Shown: positions 29,491-41,000 of the stretch, one piece after another
Numbering within the stretch: position 1 is the first letter of the stretch
Layout: each line of letters opens with the position of its first letter
Assembly (NCBI GenBank): GCA_049964835.1
Contig: JBMFWW010000001.1
Coordinates: forward strand, 1-64,000
Direction: 5' to 3'
Length of the DNA: 64,000 nt
Origin: Candidatus Micrarchaeia archaeon
GTDB taxonomy: Archaea; Micrarchaeota; Micrarchaeia; Micrarchaeales; CABMGC01
Notes under the pieces: generated by a model
Told to the model about the DNA's origin: nothing
Database searches by the model: none
What the model saw: only the letters and a program-made list of their open reading frames with translations
Translations under genes and position numbers: made by a program

Positions 29491-30594
29491 ATGAGAGATA
29501 TTTCATCAATAGAAATCAACTTAATTGTAAAAGAACTATCTCCATTTATTCAAGGAAGTAGAATAAGAAAGATATATTTTTTAGGCGGAGATTCCTTCAG
29601 AATAACCTTTTATAAAGATAATGATACGCTACATCTCTATATAAAATTACTTAAAACAATAAACAAGACCAACTTTTCCGAATCTGGAGATGAACCAAAC
29701 AACTTTGTCATGGGTCTTAGAAAAAGAATTGAAAACAGAATAGTAAACTCTATAGAGCAAAAGAACTCAGATAGGATTTGTATAATAGATATAGGCAAAG
29801 AGCACTTCCTTTTTGTAATAGAGATGCTTGGAAAGGGAAATATAATTTTAGTAGATGAAAACAACAAGATTGAGCTTTCATATAAAGCACTTGAGTTTTC
29901 AGACCGAATAATTAAAAAAGGCAATGAGTATAAGCTTCCCAAAAATGACTCTCTTTCTTTTGAAGAAGCAATAAAAAATCTTTCAATTATACTTGAAAAG
30001 TCAGGATCAGAAAAGATAATATCTATACTTTCAAAAAACTTTAACATCGGTCCCCTATACATAGAAGATATATTGAAAAGAGCAGATGTAGATCCAAAAA
30101 AAATAAAAATAACTGAAAGTGAAAAAGAAGCAATAGAAAAAGAAATAATAAAGTTTTCAAAGGTAATAGAGGAACCAAAACCTACGCTATATTTAGAAAA
30201 TAATGTTCCTTTAAATTATGCAATATGCGAAATTAAAAAATATGAAAATCTAGAAAAGAAGATATTCAATACTTTAAATGAACTACTAGATTATCTTTAT
30301 CTCTCGGATAGGTCTTACATAAAAGACAATAAAAAGCAGCAAATGTTAGAGGAATTAAAGGCAAATATAGAAAAACAGGACGTATTATATAAAAAGTTGA
30401 CAGAAGATTCAAAACGCTATTCAAAGATAGGCAACACCATATTCGAAAGGTTAAATATATTAAATGATGCAATATTTTATATGAGAGAAAACAAAAAAAC
30501 AACACTAGAAGAGCTTAAAAAAAGATTTCCTGAGTTAAATATTAAAAAGTTAGATCTTAAAGACAAAAAATTTATTATAGAAATAGATGAGTAA
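29491..30594 (+). CDS. Rqc2/NFACT-family protein, N-terminal part only
   Basis: NFVMGLRK, SDRI, IEMLGKGNIIL, HhH GPLYIEDIL. Ends within the coiled coil; no NFACT-R domain. Confidence 0.82.
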   Translation: MRDISSIEINLIVKELSPFIQGSRIRKIYFLGGDSFRITFYKDNDTLHLYIKLLKTINKTNFSESGDEPNNFVMGLRKRIENRIVNSIEQKNSDRICIIDIGKEHFLFVIEMLGKGNIILVDENNKIELSYKALEFSDRIIKKGNEYKLPKNDSLSFEEAIKNLSIILEKSGSEKIISILSKNFNIGPLYIEDILKRADVDPKKIKITESEKEAIEKEIIKFSKVIEEPKPTLYLENNVPLNYAICEIKKYENLEKKIFNTLNELLDYLYLSDRSYIKDNKKQQMLEELKANIEKQDVLYKKLTEDSKRYSKIGNTIFERLNILNDAIFYMRENKKTTLEELKKRFPELNIKKLDLKDKKFIIEIDE

Positions 30595-31485
30595 ATGTTA
30601 GATATTATATTTTTAGGGACTGCAGGTTCAGCGCCTACAAAGAAAAGATCCTTGCCTTCAACATACTTATTTTATGATGGAGACGCTCTTCTTTTTGATT
30701 GCGGTGAAGGAACACAGATGCAGATAATAAAATTAGGTCTAAGTCCTAATAAAATAAGAGCGATTTTTATAAGTCATATCCATGGGGATCATGTCATCGG
30801 AATAGCTGGACTTGTAAGGACCTTGGCTCTAAACAACAGAACTGAAGAGCTAAAGATATTCATACCAAAAGGATTTGAAAAGGCAATAACATCGCTTATA
30901 AAATTTGACAAGGCAATTATAAATTATTCTATTAAAATACTTCCAATTAAAAGAGGGGTAATATTCTCAACGAAAAAGTATCAAGTTTCAGCCTTTAAGC
31001 TAAATCATACTGTAATGACATACGGTTTTGCTTTCTCTGAAAATGAAAAATTAAAGTTTGACGTTCAAAAATGTAAATCTCTAGGCATCAAAGGAGATAT
31101 GTTTAAGCATCTTGAATTAAACGGAAAGATAATAATAAACAAGAACAAAATACTATTAAAAGAGGTTTCATACAAGAAAAAGGGATTAAAAGTAATTTAT
31201 GCTACAGATACAAGACCCACAAAAGAAACTATAACTAATGCAATGCACGCTGATCTTTTAATTCATGAGTCTTCATATACACAGGAATCAATTGAGCTTG
31301 CAAAGTCAAGAAAGCATTCTACAGTTACAGAGGCTGCAACAATAGCAAAAACAGCAAAGGTAACGCAATTAGTTCTAACACACATAAGCGCAAGATATAA
31401 AGATGATTTCGAATTAATAAAAGAAGGTAAATCAATATTTAAGAATACGAGCGTTGCCTTTGATGGTATGAAGCTGCAGTTATAA
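30595..31485 (+). CDS. rnz: Ribonuclease Z
   Basis: FLGT, DCGEGTQ, SHIHGDH, TDTRP, HES, HST, THISARY. Confidence 0.95.
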   Translation: MLDIIFLGTAGSAPTKKRSLPSTYLFYDGDALLFDCGEGTQMQIIKLGLSPNKIRAIFISHIHGDHVIGIAGLVRTLALNNRTEELKIFIPKGFEKAITSLIKFDKAIINYSIKILPIKRGVIFSTKKYQVSAFKLNHTVMTYGFAFSENEKLKFDVQKCKSLGIKGDMFKHLELNGKIIINKNKILLKEVSYKKKGLKVIYATDTRPTKETITNAMHADLLIHESSYTQESIELAKSRKHSTVTEAATIAKTAKVTQLVLTHISARYKDDFELIKEGKSIFKNTSVAFDGMKLQL

Positions 31486-31536
31486 ATGTAAAATGTATAT
31501 AAATATTAAATGCCAATTGTTATAACAATTATTGAC

Positions 31537-31607
31537 GGAGGTATCGTCTAGTGGTAGGACGGCAGATTGACATTCTGCAAGCCAGAGTTCAATTCTCTGT
31601 ACCTCCA
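31537..31607 (+). tRNA. tRNA-Val(GAC)
   Basis: GGAGGTA/TACCTCC with A73; anticodon arm GCAGA-TTGACAT-TCTGC; no intron. Confidence 0.9.
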
Positions 31608-31611
31608 TTTA

Positions 31612-33387
31612 CTAAAATAATGAGTTTTCTGGTTTGTTTTTCTTAGCCTTTCCTTTAATCTCTATAAGTTCATCAAGAAGATCTTTTTCATCATCACTAA
31701 GTAGTGATGAGAACTTATACTTTAAGTTGCGTACTTCATCATCATTTAAGAACACGTAAAGGGTATCATTCTCCTTTATTTGGCGGCCATATGTTGCATT
31801 TTCTACTGATACCGCAACGCTGTCTCCAGCCTTCGTCTCCTCTATATTTATTCCGTTATTTTGTATTTCCTTTACTCTTCCAACTATATCTCCAAAAGAG
31901 TTTATTAATTGCACCCCAGGTTTTACTCTTCCTCTTTTTATGTCCGCACCAAATATCGCAGGGTGAGAAACCCTAAAACAGTGATTAGGCAAAAGATACA
32001 TGCTTCCTGGAAATGTTAATGCCTTTTCTAACAACTCCTTACTCATCTTCTTTTCCTTTTCAACCCATTCCTTGTACTCATCTATTATTCTGTATATGAC
32101 CTGGCCTTTAATTATATTAATGCCTGTAGCATAAGATTCTTGATCTGCCTCTTCTTCTACATTTACATTAAAGGCTAAAACAACTGCGTAGTTAGGTTCA
32201 GATGCACGCATTGAAAATGCATCCATAACATCTCTTTTAGTTACCTTTCCTATCTCTTTTTTGCTTATACTTACCTTCACACTAGATAATAATTTAGATA
32301 AAGCCTCTATACCTCCTATTGAATCAGCTTTTAATATAATACCGTTTTTTTCTACCTTAAATACCTCTTGTATTTCCATCTTTATATCATTTTCATAATC
32401 TTTTTTATCTGTAGAAATAATCAAAGAGCCTGGCAGTGCCTCTTCAAATCCGCTACCACTTATTTTTATTCCAGAAGCTGCGCTCACACTTTCTATATTG
32501 TAAAATTTGCTTGAAGATTCGCGAAGCTCCTGCAAAGGTCTTGGTTTTAAGAGAGCCTTTATCTTAGAAGTTTTTATACCATTTTCACTAGCAAAGGCAA
32601 CAGTATCATTAACTTTTAGCGTTCCATTATAAAGTATTACATCTACAGTAGAACCCATACCTTTCTCTTCCTTTCTTTCAAGTATGCTTCCTATGCCTGG
32701 ACCTTCAACCTCAATGTTTAGTCGCATTTCGAGGAAGCGTTGAGCAAGACCTGTAGTATACATAAGTAATTCAGCTATTCCCTCTCCAGTTTTAGCGCTT
32801 ATAGGGACAATTATTAGTTCTTTCTTGAAGTCGTTGACTCTGTCGAATCGCTCTGCGTTGAAGCCTAGCTCGCTTAGCTTTCCCACCATCTCGTAAATCT
32901 TGTTATCTAATTGTTCTTTTACTGAATTGTTTTGTTTATCTAGCGATTCGAGTATGCTGTCTGTGTTCTGGTTCCTCCAACTAGTTATTAGGTCTACCTT
33001 ATTAGCAGCAACTATGAATGGCGTTTTATATTCTTTAAGTATCTCTATAGCTTCTACAGTTTGCGGTTCAAAGCTTTTTGTTACATCTACGACAAGTATA
33101 GCAAGATCAGCTACAGAGCCTCCTCTCTTTCTAAGATTAGTAAATGCTTCATGTCCCGGTGTATCTATGAAAAGAAGTCCAGGTATAGTTAAATTTATAT
33201 TAAGCTTTTTAATTAGCTCTCCGGAGGTCTTTTTTATAATATCTATCGGAACCTCGCTAGCTCCTATGTGTTGTGTTATACCTCCCGCTTCCTTATTCGT
33301 AACTGTGGTATTCCTTATTCTGTCAAGAAGTGAGGTTTTACCATGGTCTACGTGACCCATTACAACTATTATCGGTTGCCTTATCAT
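31612..33387 (-). CDS. infB: Translation initiation factor aIF5B/IF-2
   Basis: GHVDHGKT, GGITQHIGA, DTPGHE, NKVD; ATG 33387 after AGGTG SD. Confidence 0.96.
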   Translation of the reverse strand: MIRQPIIVVMGHVDHGKTSLLDRIRNTTVTNKEAGGITQHIGASEVPIDIIKKTSGELIKKLNINLTIPGLLFIDTPGHEAFTNLRKRGGSVADLAILVVDVTKSFEPQTVEAIEILKEYKTPFIVAANKVDLITSWRNQNTDSILESLDKQNNSVKEQLDNKIYEMVGKLSELGFNAERFDRVNDFKKELIIVPISAKTGEGIAELLMYTTGLAQRFLEMRLNIEVEGPGIGSILERKEEKGMGSTVDVILYNGTLKVNDTVAFASENGIKTSKIKALLKPRPLQELRESSSKFYNIESVSAASGIKISGSGFEEALPGSLIISTDKKDYENDIKMEIQEVFKVEKNGIILKADSIGGIEALSKLLSSVKVSISKKEIGKVTKRDVMDAFSMRASEPNYAVVLAFNVNVEEEADQESYATGINIIKGQVIYRIIDEYKEWVEKEKKMSKELLEKALTFPGSMYLLPNHCFRVSHPAIFGADIKRGRVKPGVQLINSFGDIVGRVKEIQNNGINIEETKAGDSVAVSVENATYGRQIKENDTLYVFLNDDEVRNLKYKFSSLLSDDEKDLLDELIEIKGKAKKNKPENSLF

Positions 33388-33468
33388 AACTAAACACCTA
33401 GAAAAATAGGCATACACTATTTATAATTTACCAAATAAAAATATAAATACTAATCATTAGGAGATAAA

Positions 33469-34029
33469 ATGGAAAAAGCACTTGTTTTAATAAAACCAGA
33501 CGGAGTAGAAAGAGCTTTGATAGGAAAGGTAATATCAAGATTCGAAGAGGTAGGACTAAAGGTAATCGCATTGAAGATGCTTGTACCAACTGAGATGCAC
33601 GCTGGCACTCATTATGCTGAAGATGAGGAATGGTTAGTAAGCGTCGGCAAAAAAGCAAATCAATCTAATCTTGAAAAAGGAATGCCTGTTACAGAAAAGG
33701 ACATAGATATAGGAAAGAGAATACGTTCACATCTTATAAAAGAGTTGACTAGAAGTCCAATAGTCGCTATTGTTTTAGAGGGTAATGCAGCAAATGATGT
33801 TTCAAGAAAGATTGCAGGTTCTACCGAACCTAGGAAGGCAGATCCATCAACTATCCGAGGTTCTTTATCAATTGATACATATGCCGCTGCAGATGCGGGC
33901 AAAAGACCGATAAGAAACATAGTTCATGTATCTGAGAATAAAGATGCGGCAGAACACGAAATAAAGATATGGTTTTCAGAGTCAGAGCTTATGCACTATA
34001 AGCGTTGTGATGAGTCAATAATATTTTGA
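33469..34029 (+). CDS. ndk: Nucleoside diphosphate kinase
   Basis: LIKPDGV, TIRG, RNIVHVS. Confidence 0.93.
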   Translation: MEKALVLIKPDGVERALIGKVISRFEEVGLKVIALKMLVPTEMHAGTHYAEDEEWLVSVGKKANQSNLEKGMPVTEKDIDIGKRIRSHLIKELTRSPIVAIVLEGNAANDVSRKIAGSTEPRKADPSTIRGSLSIDTYAAADAGKRPIRNIVHVSENKDAAEHEIKIWFSESELMHYKRCDESIIF

Positions 34030-34134
34030 GTCTATAAATTTTAAAATATTTTAAAAAACTTCACAAAAAATCAGAAAAAAGAACAATTAGAGAAAGATAA
34101 TAAAACCTTAAAAATTTATTACTTCAGTAATTGT

Positions 34135-34431
34135 TTACTGTAGACCTAATCTTGCCTCTTCAGTTATCATTTCAGGACTCCATGCAGGATCCCAAACGAG
34201 ATCTATATCTACCTTTCCAACACCATTTATTGCTTCTGCCCTAAGTTGTACATCTGCAAGTATTATGCTGGTCACTGGGCACATAGGACTAGTCATAGTT
34301 ATTTTTATATAAATATCATTTTGTTGTGATATGCTTATTCCGTAAATTAAGCCTAAATCAACTATATTTAATCCTATTTCAGGGTCTACCGTCTTTTTTA
34401 AAGATGTTATAACATCATTTATATTTACCAT
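34135..34431 (-). CDS. SufT/DUF59 (MIP18-like) Fe-S maturation protein
   Basis: DPEIGLNIVDLGLIY, TMTSPMCP, WDPAWSPE. Confidence 0.9.
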   Translation of the reverse strand: MVNINDVITSLKKTVDPEIGLNIVDLGLIYGISISQQNDIYIKITMTSPMCPVTSIILADVQLRAEAINGVGKVDIDLVWDPAWSPEMITEEARLGLQ

Positions 34432-34543
34432 ATTTTCCCTTATTATTATATTATACTTTGACTTTTTAAATATAAATATTTTTACCTGTAACAACATATT
34501 ACACTGCTGTGTTAATTTGCTTAAAAAATAAAAAAATAATTAT

Positions 34544-37351
34544 TTAATTAGTAGAATTTATTTCTTTTACATTTTGGCTATCATTGTTGAATATATTATT
34601 ATTCAAAGAAGTGTAACTGTCATTATTTTCATATATCCCTATCAAAGAGTTGTATATATTATTATTTTGAATACTGCCATCATTTATATTCTTAATGTAA
34701 ATTCCATTTGACGTGTCAATTATATTATCATTTGATATAGTCGGGTATGAAGTACCGCTTATGTAGACACCGGTTTTTGCATTTAGTATTGTTGTATTTA
34801 TCAATTTAAAATGTGCACCATTATCTACTATTGCAGTTGTAAAGTTTACAAGATAACAATTTGAAATTGTAACTCCTGATGTACTGATATTTGCAAAAAC
34901 TCCTCCATTTGGTGCATAAATTGTATGTCCATTACAATTTATCTCAGAGTTACTTGTAGATTTATTATCTAAATTATTTATAACATAACATGTGTTGCCA
35001 TAAGTATATACGGCATCACTAAACATATTCACTATTCCTGAATTCAAAAAGTTTATGCACTCTAAGTTTGATGCTGGATTCAAAGAAACAAGCCATGGGC
35101 ATCCATACTTATTAATTCCTGTATTAATTCCTATATTATTTGATCTACTTCCACTTCCAATTCCACAATAGTAATCATAAATCTTGTTGTTTTCGGCCAC
35201 ATTTTTATTTACTATATTGTTAGTAAAGTTAGAAAAGTAAAATCCGTAAAAGTTGTTGTTGTTACCTGTATTCTCTATAACTTTGCCATCTGTTAAATTT
35301 TTAAATACAAATCCTGTTGCATTGAAGATTCCGTTATTTGCATTATTCTCATAAACTGTCACATTTGTACCATTATAAATTCCTATACCAACATTCGAAA
35401 ATGATGATACGGTACTTCCAGCAATGCTGCTGCTCTTAACGTTATTTAAAATAATTCCATACTTTCCAGCTATTGCCATATCCGTAATGTTAATTCTAGA
35501 CGCATTATTTACATAAACTCCATATTGATAATTTTGAAGGTTACAATTATCTACACTTACATTACTCTTCCTATAATCTAAAATTCCATATCCATTATTG
35601 CTTCCGATAATAACCTTATTATTGCAATTAAATCGGACATTCGTTGAGTTTATTATTATACAATCTCTTAATGAGCTGACATTCATGGTTAGTTCATAAT
35701 TTCCAGGAATACTTATTGTATCACATGAAAATACAGGTATGGTAGAAAGAGGCGGAGGAACAGTTTTGCTGCAGACTGCCGAAGCAAATTGACAATCAGT
35801 GACACCACAACTTGTGTTGTATATGTACGCATCATTTGTAGAGTTGTAAGTATTTGCTGGGCAGTAAAGATCCTCATTAAAATTATTTATAGTTTTAAGA
35901 TTCTCATAATAATTGGATTGGCCCCCATCTATTACTTCACCATTTAGGTTTTGATAAGTGTATATATTCTTAAACGTAAATCCTGTGCTTGCATTTTGAT
36001 ATACTCCTATATTATCATTATTTTCAGTCGAATTACTTACCGTTCCTACTGTAGAATTTACTACATAAATTCCAAATAATGATTTAGTTGAATTAATATT
36101 ATTCAAATATGTGTTTATAGAACTGTTGACTAGCAAACCATAAGTATCATTTAATAAATTACAGTTTTCTACTGTTGTATTGTACTGTTTAGTTACTAAT
36201 ATGCCATAATATGAGTTATAAATGCTTTTACCATTGCAGTTCAATTTTACATTCGGTGCATTTATAGTTATGCAAGGGAAGGTTGAGCTTTCTGCAAAAT
36301 AATTTCCTATGTTTATATTAGAGTTTAATGTATAAACTCCGTACTGGTCTATAGAACCACAGCCGTTGATATTGTTTGATAATTTTACATTTTGTACACT
36401 ATAATAATTATTAGATGAACAGATTGCAAAGTTGCAGTATGTATTACTATTACACCTAGTTTTAGAGAAGTTATTCGTATTTCTTAAGTATGCTTTACTT
36501 CCACAAATAAAATCTTCCGGATTTTGTATAAATACATCATTACCAAAATCATTACCAGTACTATTAATATACGCGGCATAATATGCGTTGTTTACAAAAG
36601 ATGTATTCAAGAACTTATTTCCATGTCCATTTGATATATTTAATCCAGCTAATCTGCTTTGTGATCCGTATATACTACTATTTTCAATAACCCCACCATT
36701 TGAGTTATTCATAAATAAGTCGGTCAAAGTTGAGTTTGATATTTTAATGTTTATTAATTTTACATTATTTGTATTTTGTAAATATACCGAAAATGAAAAT
36801 CTTGATATATTCAAATTATCTATTGTAACATTTGAAACGTTTGATACAAAGATCCCATAAGTATAAGGTTTAACATCAATGTAAGGCCCACTTCCTTGTA
36901 TTATATACTTCCCACCATTTATTTTTACATCACTTGAAAGTATTTGTATACAATAGCCTGATTTTAAGGTGGTTGTTATGTTATTAGTTAAGGTATAAAT
37001 TCCAGGTTGATTTATAACTTCACAAGAACTAAGGCTTTGTGTTTGTGTAACTTGTTGAACTGTAGAAGTAGAATTTGTTTTTTGCACAATAACGCTTGTT
37101 GTGCTTGTACTAATTAAATTTTTGTTTATTACCAAAAAGTAGCTAAACGCAACAACCAATACAACAACCACAACAACTACTCCAAGAATTATTTTTTTAT
37201 TGCCTCCTCGAACAGAAGAAGCACCTTTATTTACTTCATCGTTATTCTGATTAACTGCCGAATTATTATTATTATTATTTACGTTGTTACTCTCTTGAGT
37301 AGTACTTCTCTGATCCATATCATTATTTTGTATTCCATTTCCATTAGCCAT
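34544..37351 (-). CDS. Membrane-anchored NosD/right-handed beta-helix repeat surface protein
   Basis: N-terminal TM; about four repeats beginning C..I..PG.Y.L...C; Asn-rich beta-helix; many N-x-S/T sequons. Confidence 0.8.
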   Translation of the reverse strand: MANGNGIQNNDMDQRSTTQESNNVNNNNNNSAVNQNNDEVNKGASSVRGGNKKIILGVVVVVVVLVVAFSYFLVINKNLISTSTTSVIVQKTNSTSTVQQVTQTQSLSSCEVINQPGIYTLTNNITTTLKSGYCIQILSSDVKINGGKYIIQGSGPYIDVKPYTYGIFVSNVSNVTIDNLNISRFSFSVYLQNTNNVKLINIKISNSTLTDLFMNNSNGGVIENSSIYGSQSRLAGLNISNGHGNKFLNTSFVNNAYYAAYINSTGNDFGNDVFIQNPEDFICGSKAYLRNTNNFSKTRCNSNTYCNFAICSSNNYYSVQNVKLSNNINGCGSIDQYGVYTLNSNINIGNYFAESSTFPCITINAPNVKLNCNGKSIYNSYYGILVTKQYNTTVENCNLLNDTYGLLVNSSINTYLNNINSTKSLFGIYVVNSTVGTVSNSTENNDNIGVYQNASTGFTFKNIYTYQNLNGEVIDGGQSNYYENLKTINNFNEDLYCPANTYNSTNDAYIYNTSCGVTDCQFASAVCSKTVPPPLSTIPVFSCDTISIPGNYELTMNVSSLRDCIIINSTNVRFNCNNKVIIGSNNGYGILDYRKSNVSVDNCNLQNYQYGVYVNNASRINITDMAIAGKYGIILNNVKSSSIAGSTVSSFSNVGIGIYNGTNVTVYENNANNGIFNATGFVFKNLTDGKVIENTGNNNNFYGFYFSNFTNNIVNKNVAENNKIYDYYCGIGSGSRSNNIGINTGINKYGCPWLVSLNPASNLECINFLNSGIVNMFSDAVYTYGNTCYVINNLDNKSTSNSEINCNGHTIYAPNGGVFANISTSGVTISNCYLVNFTTAIVDNGAHFKLINTTILNAKTGVYISGTSYPTISNDNIIDTSNGIYIKNINDGSIQNNNIYNSLIGIYENNDSYTSLNNNIFNNDSQNVKEINSTN

Positions 37352-37432
37352 AATAACTCCTATATCTCTAAAGTTTCATTAAAGATTATATATTATTATT
37401 GTTATATGTTAAATATCTTTATATAAATTTGT

Positions 37433-37545
37433 GCTCCGGTAGCTCAGTAGTAGAGCGCTTGTCTCGTAAAAACTTTTAAGAAAAGTTTTATCAAAACAGT
37501 TATCGAGCAAACAAGAGGTCGAGGGTGCGACTCCCTCCCGGGGCT
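37433..37545 (+). tRNA. tRNA-Thr(CGU) with 41-nt intron (37469-37509)
   Basis: GCTCCGG/CCGGGGC with U73; CTTGT-CT-CGT-A|A-ACAAG; BHB helix CTCG/CGAG. Confidence 0.92.
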
Positions 37546-37638
37546 AGACTTCGATAGTGAGGTAATCTAATTAGTATTTTGGATGTTTTTTGAAATTGAT
37601 TAGGTGACGAAAAGTAAATTTCAAGTTCCTAATTTTTT

Positions 37639-37807
37639 GGCACTGTTCCTAAATACGGTTGATAATAAGTAGATGCCTTTCATAGTAGTTTTGTCGACTA
37701 AATGATGAAAGACATCTGTGTATACCGTAAATCAGAGAATATAGTAAAGTTTGGGAAATGTAAGACAAAAGACAGAGGATTTATTAAAAGATATAAATAC
37801 AAAAGAT
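37639..37807 (+). mobile_element. IS6-like element left-end remnant
   Basis: Starts GGCACTGTT (IS6/IS26-type IR), then a degenerate zinc-ribbon start MKDICVYRKSENIVKFG...RYK. 46 bp are identical to 62157-62202. Confidence 0.65.
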
Positions 37808-38024
37808 ATCCATAAACATCATTCTGGTAATAATCCAGGTAATATCCATGTTTATAATCCTAATCCTTCACAAAATGCTATAGTAAATAGCATAACAACA
37901 GTATCTACTGGCTATGCCATTACAGGAATGTTTAATACTTGATGTGATTTTTGTTACTTTCATGTTTTTAACTATTTTAAAGTTATTCAATAATTATTAA
38001 AACTTTTACTACCTAAGTATTCCT

Positions 38025-41000
38025 ATGAAAAAATCATTTTTAATAGCTTCGTTAATTGTATTTTTATTACTAAATGTAGGTTCACATGTTTTAGTTAAAA
38101 ACATTACACTTTCATTTTCATCAGCTTCAAATTCAACAAATATTGTGCTATTAAATAAAACAACATCAAGTTATTCAAATACAACAACTTCAAATGCATT
38201 AAATACAAATAAAAATAATAAAAATCTAGAAAACACAAATTTTTTAATAAAACTTAACTCTTCTGTAAATAGTATTATAACTATTAATGGATCATCCTAC
38301 TTAAGCAATAATATAATAAGAATTGCTTCTGGGAACTATGTCATTAATTCAACAGTTCCAAACAATTTTTCTTTTTCTTATTGGAATTATTCAAGTAATA
38401 TAACAATAACAAATCCATACTCAAAAAATACCCGGATTTCAATTTTAGGAAACGCTATCATAACTGCAAATTTTAACTATGCTGTTGTATTTACTCAAAA
38501 TGGTTTGCCAGTTTCAGATCAAAACTGGAGTATAAGTTATAATAATATCAATGAAAATTCAAATACAAACGGTATAATAAAGATTTCATTAAGCTTAGGC
38601 AATTACATTTTTAAAATTTTAAATACTACTATAAATAACACAACTTATACCCCCTCTTCTAATCTTATTTATTTGAACTATACTAATATGAATAAACTAC
38701 TATCAACTCCTATAACTATAAATTTTACTAAAAATTATCAAAACAATACAATAAATTCAATTTTGGCAAACAAAACAAATCAAAAACTGATTAATCAAAC
38801 AATTAACAATACATTAAGTAAAAAAATGATTAATACAAACATCAACAATCAAATATCTGTAAATAACAGTGTATCAAATATTGTTTCTAACTCTTCTAGT
38901 GTATTATTTAAAAATTTAAATATGCAGATAGCGTTACTTAAGCAAAAGCTGCCAAATAACTCTATTTTTATATATAATAGTAGCAATAGTGGCTTTAATT
39001 CTACTGAAAATTTGAATATATTAAATTATTCTAATTCAAGACTACTTAGTTATAATCAACTTAGTAATTTATCATCTTTAAATCAAAGTCAGTTTAATTT
39101 CCTAAAGAATAATATAAACAATATTGAATCATATGGTCATAAAATCAAAAGTTTTTATGAAAATCTTTCTATTCCATACGGATATATATCCCAAAAAGGT
39201 ATTTACTCGAAGGCCGGAGAGGATTTGCATTTTGCTTCTTATGACACACAAGGCACTATCTTCTATTATAACATATCTGTTCAGAAGGCAATACCTAAAA
39301 TTATGATGAGCGTAAATGGTGCTACAGAAAAGCAGCCTAACACAACCTCAAAAATTTATATTCCTTTAATCAATGGAGAAAAAAGTTCTAAAATTTCTAT
39401 TTCACTTAATGGCTCAATGGCAAGAGGCAATAGTGGATTGTATAGCTATGAAATACGATTTAGTAATGGTACAGTAATACAAAATACTGTTAATACAACA
39501 TCATTAAACTATCAAAATACATTTAATTTGTCCTTAAATCAGAATGCATCAATAACATTTGACACTTCTGGAAATGAAAATTACTCTTCAGTAGATCCTA
39601 CTCTTATAGTGATACCATCATCTATCCTAGAATATGTTCCGATAACTTTGACTAACACTCAAACAACACCGACTCCTACCCAGTTTCAAGATATGGTTAC
39701 TGTAAATAGCTTAAGTTATAAATCATATGAAAGTGGAAATCTAGATAATATAGAATTTTTCTATTTCAACGGCACAGTAATACCTAGCTGGATTGAAGGA
39801 AGTGCGAGTAATACATTATTGAATAGTAATACAAATTCAAATTACTTATCTACCTCAACAAATACAATATACTGGTTAAAATTAGCAAACAGTATTTCAG
39901 CAGGTAACACAGTTATTGTGTATATGGGTTTTTCAGCAAATACTGTTGATTTATTTAATACTGTAAATACTGGAGAAGCTCCAGAATTATCTCCAACCTA
40001 TGCCGAGTATGATGATGGTCCAAGTGTTTTCAATTATTATAATGTCAATCCAAAATCAACATCCGGTTGGACTATAGCTGGAATTGCAGGACAAAAAAAT
40101 ACAGCTCCAGTGGAAAGCCAATATAACACTACAAATGCGTTATATGCTAATTCTGCAAATGGAGATTATATGTATACTCCTATTTCTGGTTTTACTGAAA
40201 ATTCAATACTCACATTCGATGTTTATACTACTGGTTTAGGAGATTTCTTCTTTTTAACAAACTCTGCTGGATTAGGGCAGATGGGAAGACTTGATGGAAG
40301 AGGAGGTGCCGATTATTCTGGTCTTGCTACTACCTCTACCTGGAAAAGTTGGGCAGCTCCAAGTTCTGGACTTGATGAAGGCAGAAATGTCTGGTATAAA
40401 TTTGATATTGTAATTAATGGAAACAAAGCAAATGATTATATCGGAAGTGAGTCAGATGGGCTTTCTACTTTAGGGACATTGGCAAATTCAGATTTTTCAG
40501 TTACAAATAATGGAGATTATATTGGTTTGGTTGGAGATGGCTTAGGCTCTTCTTATATAACTTACTGGAATGGCATGATAATTCGGGCATATCCTCCAAA
40601 CGGTGTTATGCCATCAGAGCAGTTCGGATCGATTGAATCTTCAAATAGTCCTGTATTACTTCTTCAAAGCAATTTTATACCTTATGGCACTCAAGACACT
40701 ATAAACGGAACAATTAATACACCAAATGATCAGTTAGAGTTGTTCATAAACAATACACTAGTTAGTGGTCCATCTCCAAACTCTCTAAGTTACATAGTAT
40801 GTGGTTCACAACCATACATAACTAGCTGCGAATCAGCAGGAAACCATAAGGTTATTCTTGAAGATATAACTTCAGGATCTAGCGCTAATATAATTTTAAA
40901 CATAACTCAATCTACTCCAACACTTAACATATCAGAATCATCTGCATTTATAAACACAGGAACCTCCACAAATATTCCATACTCTATCTCAACCGTAGGA

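Noticed and set aside
37751..37942. 63-aa ORF as a real gene
   Set aside because: It is a chimera of out-of-frame IS6-like sequence and an unrelated gene fragment.
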